A stretch of 64,000 nt of DNA. It comes from Phycisphaerae bacterium (GTDB lineage Bacteria > Planctomycetota > Phycisphaerae > UBA1845 > Fen-1342). The DNA lies in contig CAXXWX010000013.1 of assembly GCA_963675745.2 (NCBI GenBank), forward strand, positions 96,001 through 160,000, given 5' to 3'. Of the stretch, positions 20,531 through 30,874 are shown one piece after another; the stretch's first letter is position 1; each line of letters starts with the position of its first letter. A program made the translations under genes and the position numbers. The notes beneath the pieces were generated by a model. The model ran no database searches and was not told the DNA's origin. It saw only the letters and a list, made by a program, of their open reading frames with translations.

Positions 20531-21988
20531 ATGCAGCGCGTTCTGGGAGCATTAGTGTTGGCCATGCTTTTTCTACCGACTGTCCGCGCCGAAGATAATC
20601 CGTGGCGTGCCAAGGTTGCCGATGCCGTGGCGTGCGCGGAGCGTGAGAAAACCGCCGAGGCGTACATCACCGGTCTCGACACCGCGTATCGCGCTGACGA
20701 CTGGCGCGCCGCGCTGAAGCTGGTCGAGCAGGCCCGTCCGCAATTCGGCGATGACGCACGCATGCAGGCGCGGTTTGCGCGGGCGCTGCGGCGGGGGGGC
20801 CTCTTGCGCGAGTCCGAGGCCCTCGCGGACACGTTTCCAACCGACAGCCGGGACCCGGTGGCGCTCGAGGTCATTATCTATACATGCCTCCAGCGCGGCC
20901 AGACCGAGCGCGCGCTGGCGGCGGCCGAGCAACTCGACAAACTCACACCGCAGACCGCCGAAGGACTCGTGGCCGTGCTGTCGGCGCGGCAGGCGAACAA
21001 TCAGCTCAAGAACCTGTCGGCGATGGTCAAGCGCGTTCTAGAGCTGGTTGACGTTGCGAACGGCTATCCGGAGTCCTACTTCGCCGAGTCGCTGGCCGGT
21101 ACCGACGAGTTCTTCCGCCGCGCCGGAGATGAGCCGCTGAACCAGGTGATCAAGCACGGCAGGGCGCCGATGACCAAGGCGCCGCTGATTGGCTTGCCCT
21201 CTTGCAGGGTCGAGATTAACGGGCACGGCCCGTTTGACATGATCCTCGACACCGGTGGCAGCACCATCATCTCGCTTGATAACGACGCGGCTGAGCAAAT
21301 CGGGCTCGAGCAGTTTGGTGAAGCGACCATTCGCGGTGTCGGCGGCAAGGACACCTCGCAGCAGGCCATCATCGACGACCTCAAGATCGGCAACATCTGT
21401 TGTCGGCGCGTCGGCGCGCGTATCTTCGATGTGCCGGACATGATCGGCGATGGGATAATTGGCACCGGCGTGTTCGGCAATGCGCGCATGACCATGAACT
21501 TCGCCAAGGCCGAATTGACCGTGACGCCTTCGTCTTCCAAATCAGCCCCGGGAGCGGAGCTGCCGCTGCGGATCATTGGCGATTCGAAATTGATGCCGAT
21601 TGTGAGCGTGAACGGGCGTCCCGTTGTGGCGGTGTTCGACAGCGGGGCCGACGGGATGTATCTATCCCCCGAGCTGATGCGCGACCTCTCCGCCGCGGAC
21701 AAGCTGCGCACCATCTCAGGCGACGCTTTGGGGCTGGATGCGGCCGGCGTTGGCTCGGGAGCGGCGCAGACATTTGTCGTTGGCCCGGGCGTCGATGTGG
21801 AGATACCCGGACGCACATATCACAACGCCAGCGGTATCGGCGTGGGTGTGCTGGATGACACGCTCAGCCCGATTCTCGGTGTGCAGAGCGGGGTGCTAAT
21901 CGGCATGTCCGCGTTTCGTGACATGCGATCGGCCACAATCGACTTCCCAACGACGCGTATGTGGGTCGATTGGCTGCCGACAGAGTAG
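20531..21988 (+). CDS. Secreted TPR-like protein with tandem retropepsin-like aspartyl protease domains
   Basis: Helical N-half; ILDTGG..GIIG and VFDSGA..VLIG motifs. Confidence 0.82.
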   Translation: MQRVLGALVLAMLFLPTVRAEDNPWRAKVADAVACAEREKTAEAYITGLDTAYRADDWRAALKLVEQARPQFGDDARMQARFARALRRGGLLRESEALADTFPTDSRDPVALEVIIYTCLQRGQTERALAAAEQLDKLTPQTAEGLVAVLSARQANNQLKNLSAMVKRVLELVDVANGYPESYFAESLAGTDEFFRRAGDEPLNQVIKHGRAPMTKAPLIGLPSCRVEINGHGPFDMILDTGGSTIISLDNDAAEQIGLEQFGEATIRGVGGKDTSQQAIIDDLKIGNICCRRVGARIFDVPDMIGDGIIGTGVFGNARMTMNFAKAELTVTPSSSKSAPGAELPLRIIGDSKLMPIVSVNGRPVVAVFDSGADGMYLSPELMRDLSAADKLRTISGDALGLDAAGVGSGAAQTFVVGPGVDVEIPGRTYHNASGIGVGVLDDTLSPILGVQSGVLIGMSAFRDMRSATIDFPTTRMWVDWLPTE

Positions 21989-22000
21989 AAGCGACGGCAT

Positions 22001-22080
22001 TCAGCTATCAGCGGTCAGCGATCAGCTATGGTGGCCGACGAGCACGCCTGGCTGAAAGCTGATAGCTGATCGCTGATAGC
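22001..22080. repeat. Inverted heptamer arrays just 3' of the tRNA
   Basis: TCAGCTA TCAGCGG TCAGCGA TCAGCTA ... GGCTGAA AGCTGAT AGCTGAT CGCTGAT. Confidence 0.85.
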
Positions 22081-22087
22081 CACAAAC

Positions 22088-22171
<84 letters not shown>

Positions 22172-22553
22172 GAGACGCTGCCATATTAGCGGTTGCGCGC
22201 AGGGATGTGTAGGAAGGGGGCAGGCACTGGCGAATACGCCAAGCAGGCAGGTTGCCGACAAGGTAGCGTGGCAGCGGCGTGTTCGAACATTGAGGGGGAG
22301 CCACAAATCCCGTGCCGCGTTGACGCCATCGTAATGCCTATTGGAACCGGTTTCGGGCGCCCAAAAGGTAAAGCACTGGCGCCCGTTGCCGGGCCCGCAC
22401 ACTTGACATGCCTCCCCACGCGCGCTAAGCATCATACTGTGCAGATCGGTGATTTGCTCAAGGCGCGGTTGGGCCCGCGCCCGATAGGGTCTCAGGGCCC
22501 GGGCGGGCTCTGCCCGCGTAACGTACTTGTACACATGGGCTTAGGTCTTCCGA

Positions 22554-25286
22554 ATGGTCAATAAGAGCTCTCAGGCCAAGGCACTGGTGATCGTCGAATC
22601 GCCGGCGAAAGCACGTACCATCTCCAAGTATCTGGGTGATGGATTCGTCGTCGAGTCATCGATTGGGCATATTCGCGACCTGCCGTCCAACGCCGCCGAG
22701 ATTCCCGCCGAGCACAAGAACCATAGCTGGGCTCGGCTGGGTGTGAACGTCGATGAGGGCTTCAAGCCGCTGTATATCGTACCCAGCGGAAAGCAATCGC
22801 ATGTCCGCAAGCTGAGGAGCCATCTCAAGAACGCCTCTGAGCTGTTGCTTGCTACCGATGAGGACCGCGAGGGTGAGGCCATCGCCTGGCATCTTACGGA
22901 GGTGCTCAAGCCCAAGTGCCCGGTGCGCCGCATGGTGTTCGACGAGATCACCAAGTCGGCGATCACGCGCGCCATCGACAACACACGCGACATCGACCGC
23001 GATCTGGTCAACGCCCAGGAAACGCGGCGCATACTCGACCGGCTCTTCGGCTACGAAGTCTCGCCCGTTCTCTGGCGGAAGGTCAAGCCGAAATTGTCGG
23101 CGGGACGCGTCCAATCTGTGGCTACCCGTTTGGTCGTTGACCGCGAACGCGCGCGCATGCGTTTTGTGTCCGCCGAGTACTGGGACATTGACGCCCGGCT
23201 CAAAACGCATGGCGAAACAACTGCGGCGCTGAGTGCTCGACTGATCGAGCTTGGCGGCAGACGGATCGCCGCTGGTAAGGACTTCGATAACGAGACGGGC
23301 AAGCTCAAGAACGGCGACAAGGTGGTATGCCTGCTCGGCGAAGAAACTCGGGCGCTGGCAACCGAACTGACGTCGGCGGAATTCGTGGTCGCCGATGTTG
23401 CCGAAAAACCCTTCATCAACCGCCCGTACGCGCCGTTCATTACCTCTACACTCCAGCAGGAGGCCGCTCGCAAGCTGCGCTTCGGCGCCCAACGGACGAT
23501 GCGTCTGGCGCAGAGCCTGTACGAGAATGGTTACATCACGTACATGCGAACCGACTCGACGACGTTGTCCAGCCAGGCCATAAACGCCGCGCGCAAGCAG
23601 GTCTCAGAGCTGTATGGCCAGGAGTATTTGCCCGCGCAACCGCGCGTGTATGCGCGTAAGTCGAAGAATGCCCAGGAAGCCCACGAGGCGATCCGACCCG
23701 CCGGCGAGAGCTTCCGGACACCCAAGAGCGTTGCGGGCGAACTCGACTCCGATGCGCAGAAACTCTACGAGCTGATCTGGAAGCGTACGGTCGCCTCGCA
23801 GATGAAAGATGCGCATGGCAAGCGAACGACGGTGCGCATAGACGCGCCGACTTCGTCACGCGGCACGGCGACGTTTTTGACGTCCGGCAAGGTCATCACG
23901 TTTGCGGGCTTCCTGCGCGCGTACGTCGAGGGATCGGATGACCCACAGGCCGAGCTCGAAGATCAGGAAAAGGTGCTGCCGCCGCTGTCGTCCGGTCAGC
24001 AGCTTGACCCAATGGAAGTCACGCCGCTGGAGCACTTCACTCAGTCGCCGGCGCGCTACACCGAAGCCAGTTTGATCAAGGAGCTGGAGGAGCGCGGCAT
24101 CGGCCGTCCGTCAACCTACGCCACGATCCTCCAGACCATCCAGGATCGCGGGTACGTATGGCGCAAGGGTACGGCCCTCGTGCCGACGTTTACCGCGTTC
24201 GCGGTGGTTAACCTGCTTGAGCGGCATCTGACCGACCTGGTCGATTATGACTTCACCGCCAAGATGGAAGACGGGCTGGACACGATCGCCAGCGGCCAGC
24301 GCGATCCCGGCCCCTGGTTGCATGATTTCTACTTCGGCGACCCGGGCGCGAAGCGTAATGGTGATCACATCGCCGACATCGGCCTGAAGGCCCTGGTTGA
24401 CGGGAGTGGTGAGAGCATCGACGCGCGCGAGGTCTCGCGTATCGACATCGGCAAGACGGAAGATGGCGCGGCGGTCGTGGTTCGCGTCGGGCGCTATGGA
24501 CCGTACGTTCAGATTGGCGACGGTGATCAACGCGCGACAGTGCCTGACGACATCGCGCCCGATGAGGTGAGCGTTTCGCTGGCGCTGGAGTTGCTCGAGC
24601 GCGCTGCCCAGGGTGCCAGGACGCTCGGGGACGATCCCGACACGTCCAAGCCGGTGTACATAAAATCGGGGCGTTTCGGGCCGTACGTGCAGCTCGGCGA
24701 CCCTGAGCTGACGGACAAGGGCACCGTGAAGCGTGGGGGAAAGCCCAAGATGGCCAGCCTGTGGCCGTCGATGTCATCCGAGACGATCACGCTTGAAGAC
24801 GCGCTGATGCTGCTGTCGTTTCCACGCGTGGTGGGTGTACACCCTGAGAGCGGCGAGCAGATAACGGCGCAGGATGGGCGTTTTGGCCCCTATTTGAAGG
24901 CCGGGTCGGACACGCGCAGCCTGAGTAACCACGAACAGCTTGCATCCATCACGCTTCCGGAGGCCGTGGAGCTGTTCAAACAACCGAAGGGTCGCCGTGG
25001 CCGCAGTGCCGCAGCCAGTGTTGTGGCTGAGCTGGGCGCGCACCCGACCAGTTCCGCCCCGATTCAGGTAAAGAGCGGCCGCTACGGCCCATATGTGACT
25101 GATGGTGTCGTAAATGCCACGATACCGAAGGGCCGGGATCCCGCATCGCTGACGCTGGACGAGGGGCTGGAGCTGTTGGCGGCCCGCGAGCAGAAACTCC
25201 GCGACCAGGGCAAGGATCCGCGCGCCCCGAAGAAGAAACGCACCACGCGCGCCAAAAAGCGGACCACCAAGAGCTCCGCGCGGTAA
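22554..25286 (+). CDS. topA: Type IA DNA topoisomerase I with C-terminal Toprim_C-type repeats
   Basis: IVESPAKA, ATDEDREGEAIAWH, SAGRVQS, ITYMRTDS, QEAHEAIRP, repeated GRYGPY/GRFGPY, basic tail. Confidence 0.97.
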   Translation: MVNKSSQAKALVIVESPAKARTISKYLGDGFVVESSIGHIRDLPSNAAEIPAEHKNHSWARLGVNVDEGFKPLYIVPSGKQSHVRKLRSHLKNASELLLATDEDREGEAIAWHLTEVLKPKCPVRRMVFDEITKSAITRAIDNTRDIDRDLVNAQETRRILDRLFGYEVSPVLWRKVKPKLSAGRVQSVATRLVVDRERARMRFVSAEYWDIDARLKTHGETTAALSARLIELGGRRIAAGKDFDNETGKLKNGDKVVCLLGEETRALATELTSAEFVVADVAEKPFINRPYAPFITSTLQQEAARKLRFGAQRTMRLAQSLYENGYITYMRTDSTTLSSQAINAARKQVSELYGQEYLPAQPRVYARKSKNAQEAHEAIRPAGESFRTPKSVAGELDSDAQKLYELIWKRTVASQMKDAHGKRTTVRIDAPTSSRGTATFLTSGKVITFAGFLRAYVEGSDDPQAELEDQEKVLPPLSSGQQLDPMEVTPLEHFTQSPARYTEASLIKELEERGIGRPSTYATILQTIQDRGYVWRKGTALVPTFTAFAVVNLLERHLTDLVDYDFTAKMEDGLDTIASGQRDPGPWLHDFYFGDPGAKRNGDHIADIGLKALVDGSGESIDAREVSRIDIGKTEDGAAVVVRVGRYGPYVQIGDGDQRATVPDDIAPDEVSVSLALELLERAAQGARTLGDDPDTSKPVYIKSGRFGPYVQLGDPELTDKGTVKRGGKPKMASLWPSMSSETITLEDALMLLSFPRVVGVHPESGEQITAQDGRFGPYLKAGSDTRSLSNHEQLASITLPEAVELFKQPKGRRGRSAAASVVAELGAHPTSSAPIQVKSGRYGPYVTDGVVNATIPKGRDPASLTLDEGLELLAAREQKLRDQGKDPRAPKKKRTTRAKKRTTKSSAR

Positions 25287-25342
25287 CACGTCATTTCCGG
25301 GGGGCCAGCCGGCATTGTCAGGCAGCGACGGCGCCACGTACG

Positions 25343-25372
25343 TTGATCCGCTACGCGGCAGGCTGGTATAAT
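25343..25372 (+). promoter_or_regulatory. Sigma70-type promoter
   Basis: TTGATC-N18-TATAAT with extended TG. Confidence 0.55.
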
Positions 25373-25453
25373 GGCTAATAGTGACTGCTAGCTGCTTGTT
25401 TCCGCTTGGAACGACTTGGTGTCGCGCTCTATTGGGGACCAGGAGCGAATGAG

Positions 25454-27037
25454 ATGCGCACCATCGGGGTAGTGATTGCCTCGCTCATTCTAGGGCACGT
25501 GGCGGCCGCGTCGGTCTATCCCGTGGGTCCCGATTGGTTCTCAGCGGATACGCAGTTCAGCACCGGGGCCGCACTGGTTGACATCGACCTGGACGGTTTT
25601 GTCGACCTTGTCGTCGCCAACGGCAACGACATGGCCTCACAGCACGTGGTCGTCTATTACAACCAGGGCGACGGTACGCTGCCCACCCTCCCTGACTGGC
25701 AATCCGCCGATACGTTCTATCACGGTCACCTCGATGTCGCGGATGTCAACGGAGATGGCTGGCCCGACGTGGCCGTGGCGAACCTCGGCAAATCCTCGAC
25801 CGTGTCCAACGCCGCCAAGGTGTACATGAACCAGGCGGGAACGCTCTCGGCGACGCCCGATTGGGTCTCGGACGAGCTGGCCAACGCATTCGGGGTTGCG
25901 TTTGGTGACATGAACAACGATGGCCGACCCGACCTGGCCGTGGCCACCGGCTGGCCATACAGCAACCCGGACACCGATCACAACTACGTACACCTGAATA
26001 TCGGTGGAGCGCTCGAGTCGACGGCCAGTTGGCAAAGTGATGACACGCGCGACTACATGAACGCGCTGTGGGTCGACGCCGATGACGACGGCTGGCTCGA
26101 CCTGCTGCTGCTCGGGGCCAACCACAACAGCTACATCCACCGCAATCTGGGTGGGGTGCTGGAGACCACGGCGAGTTGGCACACTACCGACAACCCGGCG
26201 CAGTTCAGCATCATGGCCGCGGTCGGCGATGTCACAGGTGACGGAAGGCGCGACCTTATCGCAACCGACAACGCCCAGCTTTTTGGCGGTGTCGGCGACC
26301 TGCGCCAGTACGACGGTCAGTCAACGGGGCTGTTCTCGACGTCGCCCAACTGGACCTATTTCAACGACTCACACGACTACGGATCGGCGGTCGCGCTGGC
26401 GGATGTCAACGATGACGGCCTCCTCGATCTGGCCAGCGGCGCCTGGTGGAGTCGCCCACGCATATTCCTGAATGGTGGAACCGGGTTCGGCAGCGATAGT
26501 GACTGGCAGTCGACGCGCTCCACCGTGGTCGAGCGCATCGTGTTCGCGGATGTGAATAATGATGGAATACTGCTGACACGCGATGTCTTCTCGGGGGCAC
26601 AAGCCGCCGGACAACTGTTCCATCTGGCACATCAACCCGTACAGGAAGTCTACCGGGTCTGGCGTGACGATACCGAATTGGGGCCGAGCGAGTACACGAT
26701 TAACCGTGTTGGTGGGTGGATCACTGTCGCGGCGCCGGCCGGCGACGTAGTGGTCGAATACAGCTACTCGCGCAAGCCGGACATGGTCATGACCAACTGG
26801 GACTCCACGGTCGGCAACTTCCTGTATCTCAACCGGAACATCGTGGCTGGTGATATGAATTGCGACGGTTGGGTCAATAGCGGGGACATCGATCTGTTCG
26901 TCATGGCGCTGCTCGACCCGTCGGCATATGAGCTGGCCAACCCTGACTGCGCGCTTGAACTGGCCGACTGTAGCCGCGACGGCTGGGTAAACAACGGGGA
27001 CATCGACGCCTTCCTGGTGTACCTGGTGGGAAGCTGA
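25454..27037 (+). CDS. Secreted FG-GAP/VCBS-repeat protein with C-terminal dockerin-like domain
   Basis: Repeated D.N.DG..DL motifs; tail GDMNCDGWVNSGDIDLF..ADCSRDGWVNNGDIDAF. Confidence 0.88.
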   Translation: MRTIGVVIASLILGHVAAASVYPVGPDWFSADTQFSTGAALVDIDLDGFVDLVVANGNDMASQHVVVYYNQGDGTLPTLPDWQSADTFYHGHLDVADVNGDGWPDVAVANLGKSSTVSNAAKVYMNQAGTLSATPDWVSDELANAFGVAFGDMNNDGRPDLAVATGWPYSNPDTDHNYVHLNIGGALESTASWQSDDTRDYMNALWVDADDDGWLDLLLLGANHNSYIHRNLGGVLETTASWHTTDNPAQFSIMAAVGDVTGDGRRDLIATDNAQLFGGVGDLRQYDGQSTGLFSTSPNWTYFNDSHDYGSAVALADVNDDGLLDLASGAWWSRPRIFLNGGTGFGSDSDWQSTRSTVVERIVFADVNNDGILLTRDVFSGAQAAGQLFHLAHQPVQEVYRVWRDDTELGPSEYTINRVGGWITVAAPAGDVVVEYSYSRKPDMVMTNWDSTVGNFLYLNRNIVAGDMNCDGWVNSGDIDLFVMALLDPSAYELANPDCALELADCSRDGWVNNGDIDAFLVYLVGS

Positions 27038-27130
27038 CAGCGAGGCAGCGGTCAGCTATCAGCCATCAGCACTCAGCCACGGAAACAACAGAGTCGCCCA
27101 GTGCGCGTTCGGTGGTTGTTGCTGACCGCG
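27037..27130. repeat. Heptamer array between convergent genes
   Basis: TCAGCTA TCAGCCA TCAGCAC TCAGCCA; shares AGCACTCAGCCAC and a downstream GTTGT-N-GCTGA with the 16291 copy. Confidence 0.8.
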
Positions 27131-27135
27131 GTACT

Positions 27136-28026
27136 CTAAATCACGTCCGCGAAAGCGCGTTTGCTCTTCATGAAGAACGCATAGCCGCCGATCGCGATCG
27201 GTATCGACGCCGCCATAAGCACGCCGATCCACACCCAGTCTTCCCAGGTAAGCTGTCCCTCGATCATCACAGCGCGGACGGCCTCGACGGCGTACGTCAG
27301 GGGGTTGGCCAGCAGGGCGTACTGAAACGCCGGCGGCACCATGTTTATCCCGTAAAAGATCGGTGTGACAAAGAACAGTGCCTGGGTCGCCAGCGCCACG
27401 CCGTGCCCGACGTCACGGACAAACACGCCCAGCGACGCCAGGGCCCACGCCACGCCCGCCGTGATCAGGCACACCGGCAGCACGACAACCGGCAGCAACA
27501 GGATGGTCAGCGGCGGCAGGGCCATGCGGATGGCGAACCAGAAGCAAAGCCAGGCCACGTATCCGATCGCCATGTTGAACAGCGCCGAGAGCAACGCGGA
27601 GACCGGGAGAATCTCGAGTGGAAACACCACCTTCTTCACGTAGTTCGGGTTGGCCAGCACCATCGAGGGGGCGCGGTTGGCCACTTCGGAGAAGAGGCTG
27701 AACAGCAGCATGCCGCAGAAGAGATAGAGGGCGAATTCGCCATGGCTGGTGTCGGCCACACCCGCGGCGCCGGCCGTCTTCCACTTGGCTTTGAAAACCA
27801 CGGAGAAAACAAACGTGTAGATCGCCAGCAGTACCAGTGGCGTGATGACCGACCAGATCAGCCCGAGGTTGGTCGCGCGGTAGCGCAGAGCGATGTCACG
27901 CCGAGCGAGTTGCAGCGTCAGTTCGCGGTGGGTCCACAGGTTTTTTGCCATCGCCACGGGGTTAAGAAACGCGCTCATCGGGCGCGCTGCGACGGCCGAG
28001 TAATGTGCCACTATTTCTTCCGCCAT
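27136..28026 (-). CDS. ABC-2 polysaccharide export permease (Wzm/TagG-like)
   Basis: RDIALRYR...LGLIWSVITP, NPNYVKKVVFP, FVRDV, TPIFY, NPL. Confidence 0.92.
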   Translation of the reverse strand: MAEEIVAHYSAVAARPMSAFLNPVAMAKNLWTHRELTLQLARRDIALRYRATNLGLIWSVITPLVLLAIYTFVFSVVFKAKWKTAGAAGVADTSHGEFALYLFCGMLLFSLFSEVANRAPSMVLANPNYVKKVVFPLEILPVSALLSALFNMAIGYVAWLCFWFAIRMALPPLTILLLPVVVLPVCLITAGVAWALASLGVFVRDVGHGVALATQALFFVTPIFYGINMVPPAFQYALLANPLTYAVEAVRAVMIEGQLTWEDWVWIGVLMAASIPIAIGGYAFFMKSKRAFADVI

Positions 28027-28154
28027 GCCAGCCCTCTCGTCGCGTGTGCGCGGTTTTCAGAGCCCGCGCCCCCGTCTGTGTTTCCTGTGCACGATATCTT
28101 CAGAACGTCGAGCGGGAGCGTCAACCCGGCGTCAACCGGTGAGGCCGGCCCAGC

Positions 28155-28493
28155 CTAGCCGTTCGCGGATTTGTCTCCGCGCGCGCCGACGCGCCGCGCA
28201 TAACGTGGCGAAATTTCGACATAGGGCCGGCCCAGCCACTTCTTGATCAGGATCAGCTCACCAAGATCGTTGCCCTCAACAGCGTGGCCGATCCACTGGA
28301 GCACATATCCCAGCACGATCAGCCCGATCGGGCGCCACCACAATCCCCAGAGCGAAGCATCCCAAACCGCTCCGGTTATTTGCACAGCCCCCAGAATCAA
28401 CCCAGCGACAGCCAGGGGAATACCGACCATGTGCAGCCAGAAAGACACCGGATGTTGGTGGCGTTGGCGCCAGTTGTACAAGATGTCAGACAT
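28155..28493 (-). CDS. DUF962/Mpo1-like small membrane protein
   Basis: HQHP..FWLHMVGIP..GYVLQWIGH..EGN. Confidence 0.8.
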   Translation of the reverse strand: MSDILYNWRQRHQHPVSFWLHMVGIPLAVAGLILGAVQITGAVWDASLWGLWWRPIGLIVLGYVLQWIGHAVEGNDLGELILIKKWLGRPYVEISPRYARRVGARGDKSANG

Positions 28494-28580
28494 TTCAGTC
28501 GCGAGTCACCGGCATGATTTGCGCGGGTCTGTGCGTTGGTGGTCGTAGCGTCCGATAGACTCCCACAAGGGAGGATACGC

Positions 28581-29201
28581 ATGATCGTAACGCTCGATGG
28601 CGACAAAGTCGAAACGAGTTTTCCAACCGACGCAACGCTCCAGGCCATAATCGACCAGGTACGCGCGGAACAGCCGTCAGATCGGCTGGTTGTCAGTGTG
28701 GCCATTGATGGCCACACGTGCGACGAGGATGAGCTTGGCGCGCAGCTTGGCGCCCCGCTCGACGGTGCAACACAGATCGACCTCGAATCGGCGGACCCGG
28801 TCACGCTTGCCGCCGACGCGTTACGTACGGTGGCGGACAGGCTGGACACCATAGGTGCTCAGCAACCCGATATCGCCCGTCAGATCAACGCCGGCGAGGT
28901 TGCCGCCGCCGTGCCGCGTATCAACGGGTTTGTGCAGACCTGGCAGACGGTGCAGTTGATCATCGAGCAGATCAGCCGATTGACCGGGCGTGACCTGACC
29001 ACGGAGAACTTCGCCGGCCAGCCCATCGGCGAGCACGTGACGGCCCTACTCGACCAGTTACGCAACATTCGCGACGCGCTCGATGCCCAGGACATGGTCA
29101 CCTTGGCGGATCTGATGCACTACGAGGCGCCGACCATCTGTGAAACCTGGCGTGACCTGCTGCGTTATTTCGCGGACGAGCTGAACCCTCAATCCGACTG
29201 A
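28581..29201 (+). CDS. Hypothetical helical protein
   Basis: Strong RBS GGGAGG; C-terminal ALDAQDMVTLADLMHYE. Confidence 0.75.
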   Translation: MIVTLDGDKVETSFPTDATLQAIIDQVRAEQPSDRLVVSVAIDGHTCDEDELGAQLGAPLDGATQIDLESADPVTLAADALRTVADRLDTIGAQQPDIARQINAGEVAAAVPRINGFVQTWQTVQLIIEQISRLTGRDLTTENFAGQPIGEHVTALLDQLRNIRDALDAQDMVTLADLMHYEAPTICETWRDLLRYFADELNPQSD

Positions 29202-29268
29202 TTCACCTACCGATCCCGCTTACCCGTCCGAGTACTGCCCGAGTTGGCGGTTATAGGACCTTGGGGGG

Positions 29269-29297
29269 TTGCAATGGGGCCCGGGCCGCGTCATACT
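29269..29297 (+). promoter_or_regulatory. Sigma70-type promoter of rpmE-prfA-ispE
   Basis: TTGCAA-N17-CATACT. Confidence 0.55.
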
Positions 29298-29357
29298 ACG
29301 GAACTCACGGTTAACTGTCGCGCGCCCACTTGCGAGAAGGGCCATAGGAAAGCGGTC

Positions 29358-29594
29358 ATGAAGAAGAAGATTCACCCGGAATACGTTGAAGCCAAAGTCA
29401 CCTGCGCCTGCGGAAACGCCTTCGAGACCCGCGCGACCGTGTCGGAAATCAAGGTCGATATCTGCAACGCCTGTCACCCGTTCTACACCGGCAAGCAGAA
29501 GTTCGTTGACACCGCTGGCCGCGTCGAACGTTTCCAGAAGAAATTCGGCGGCAATTACTTCGCCAAAAAGGACGCCGCCGCCGGCGCCAATTAG
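29358..29594 (+). CDS. rpmE: 50S ribosomal protein L31 (Zn-binding, four Cys)
   Basis: [37 protein letters not shown]. Confidence 0.98.
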   Translation: MKKKIHPEYVEAKVTCACGNAFETRATVSEIKVDICNACHPFYTGKQKFVDTAGRVERFQKKFGGNYFAKKDAAAGAN

Positions 29595-29692
29595 CTGCGT
29601 GCAGACCGATTTCGCGTGAGGGCTGAGCCGCAGGGCTTGGCCCTTTTCCGTGGCTGTTCCCGGCCAATTCACCCGATTGAGAGACGCTGAGA

Positions 29693-30793
29693 ATGGTAGC
29701 CCTGCCCAAGGACCCGACCTGGATCAGGCGTGTCGAGGAAATGGTTGCGCGGGCCGACGAGATCGCCGGCGAGATGAACAAGCCGGAGGTGGCGGCCAAC
29801 GGTGCGCGCCTGGTTCAATTAGCGCGCGAGCACGGGCAGCTCTCGAAGATCGCCAAACCATACCGCGAATATCGCGGCGTGATGGATCAACTGGTCGAGT
29901 CACATGAGATCGTCAGCGACGCGGAGTCGGACCCGGAGCTGCTCGAACTCGCTCAGCAGGAGATTCCCGGGCTGGAGCAGAAACGCGAGACGCTGCTGAC
30001 GCAACTTCAGGAGAAACTGGTCACCGGCGATGAAGCCTCGATCCGGTCGGTGATTCTGGAAGTGCGCGCCGGCACCGGCGGTGATGAGGCCGCGTTGTTC
30101 GCCGGTGAGCTCGTCAACATGTATCAGGCGATGGCGGCCAGGCATGGCTTCAAAGTCGAGGTGATGTCGCTATCGCCCTCCGATCTTGGTGGCGTGAAAG
30201 AGGCAATCCTGAACATCACGGGTGAGGAAGTCTATCTCGCGTTCCGCTTTGAGGCCGGCGGGCATCGCGTGCAACGCGTTCCCAAAACCGAGGCCCAGGG
30301 CCGCATTCACACCTCGGCGGCGACGGTGGCGGTCTATCCCGAACCCGAGGAGATCGCCATCGACATCGATTGGGACAAGGACGTTATCGAGCACGTCAGC
30401 CGGGCTGGTGGTCCGGGCGGTCAGAACGTCAACAAGGTCTCAAGTGCCATCAAGCTCGAGCACACGGCGACCGGGATCACGGTGTCGATGCGCGATGAGA
30501 AGAGTCAGCACAAGAACCGCGCGAAGGCCCGACGGATCATGATGTCGCGCGTGTTCGAGCATCACCAGCAACAGCAGCGCAGCAAGATAGAGGCCGACCG
30601 CCGTTCGATGGTCGGTTCCGGCGACCGCAGCGATCGTGTGCGTACCTATAACTTCCCTCAGAACCGGGTCACCGACCACCGCATTAACAAAGACGTGTTC
30701 GCCCTGCAACGAATTCTGGTTGAGGGGAACATAGACGAGTTCATCACGGAGTTGGCGGAGCGCGAGCTGAAACTGAGACTCGAAGCGCTTTAG
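29693..30793 (+). CDS. prfA: Peptide chain release factor 1
   Basis: EVRAGTGGDEA, HRVQRVPKT (PxT motif), GPGGQNVN, RTYNFPQNRVTDHR. Confidence 0.97.
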   Translation: MVALPKDPTWIRRVEEMVARADEIAGEMNKPEVAANGARLVQLAREHGQLSKIAKPYREYRGVMDQLVESHEIVSDAESDPELLELAQQEIPGLEQKRETLLTQLQEKLVTGDEASIRSVILEVRAGTGGDEAALFAGELVNMYQAMAARHGFKVEVMSLSPSDLGGVKEAILNITGEEVYLAFRFEAGGHRVQRVPKTEAQGRIHTSAATVAVYPEPEEIAIDIDWDKDVIEHVSRAGGPGGQNVNKVSSAIKLEHTATGITVSMRDEKSQHKNRAKARRIMMSRVFEHHQQQQRSKIEADRRSMVGSGDRSDRVRTYNFPQNRVTDHRINKDVFALQRILVEGNIDEFITELAERELKLRLEAL

Positions 30794-30800
30794 CACGTTT

Positions 30801-30848
30801 CTGCTCAAGAACAGTGGCACACCGGACTGTTTCCGGAGACGCTCTGAC
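30801..30848. repeat. Family B element, right half
   Basis: CTGCTCAAGAACAGTGGCACACCGGACTGTTTCCGGAGACGCTCT. Confidence 0.8.
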
Positions 30849-30874
30849 CAGGACGCCGCCGCACTACAGGTGTC

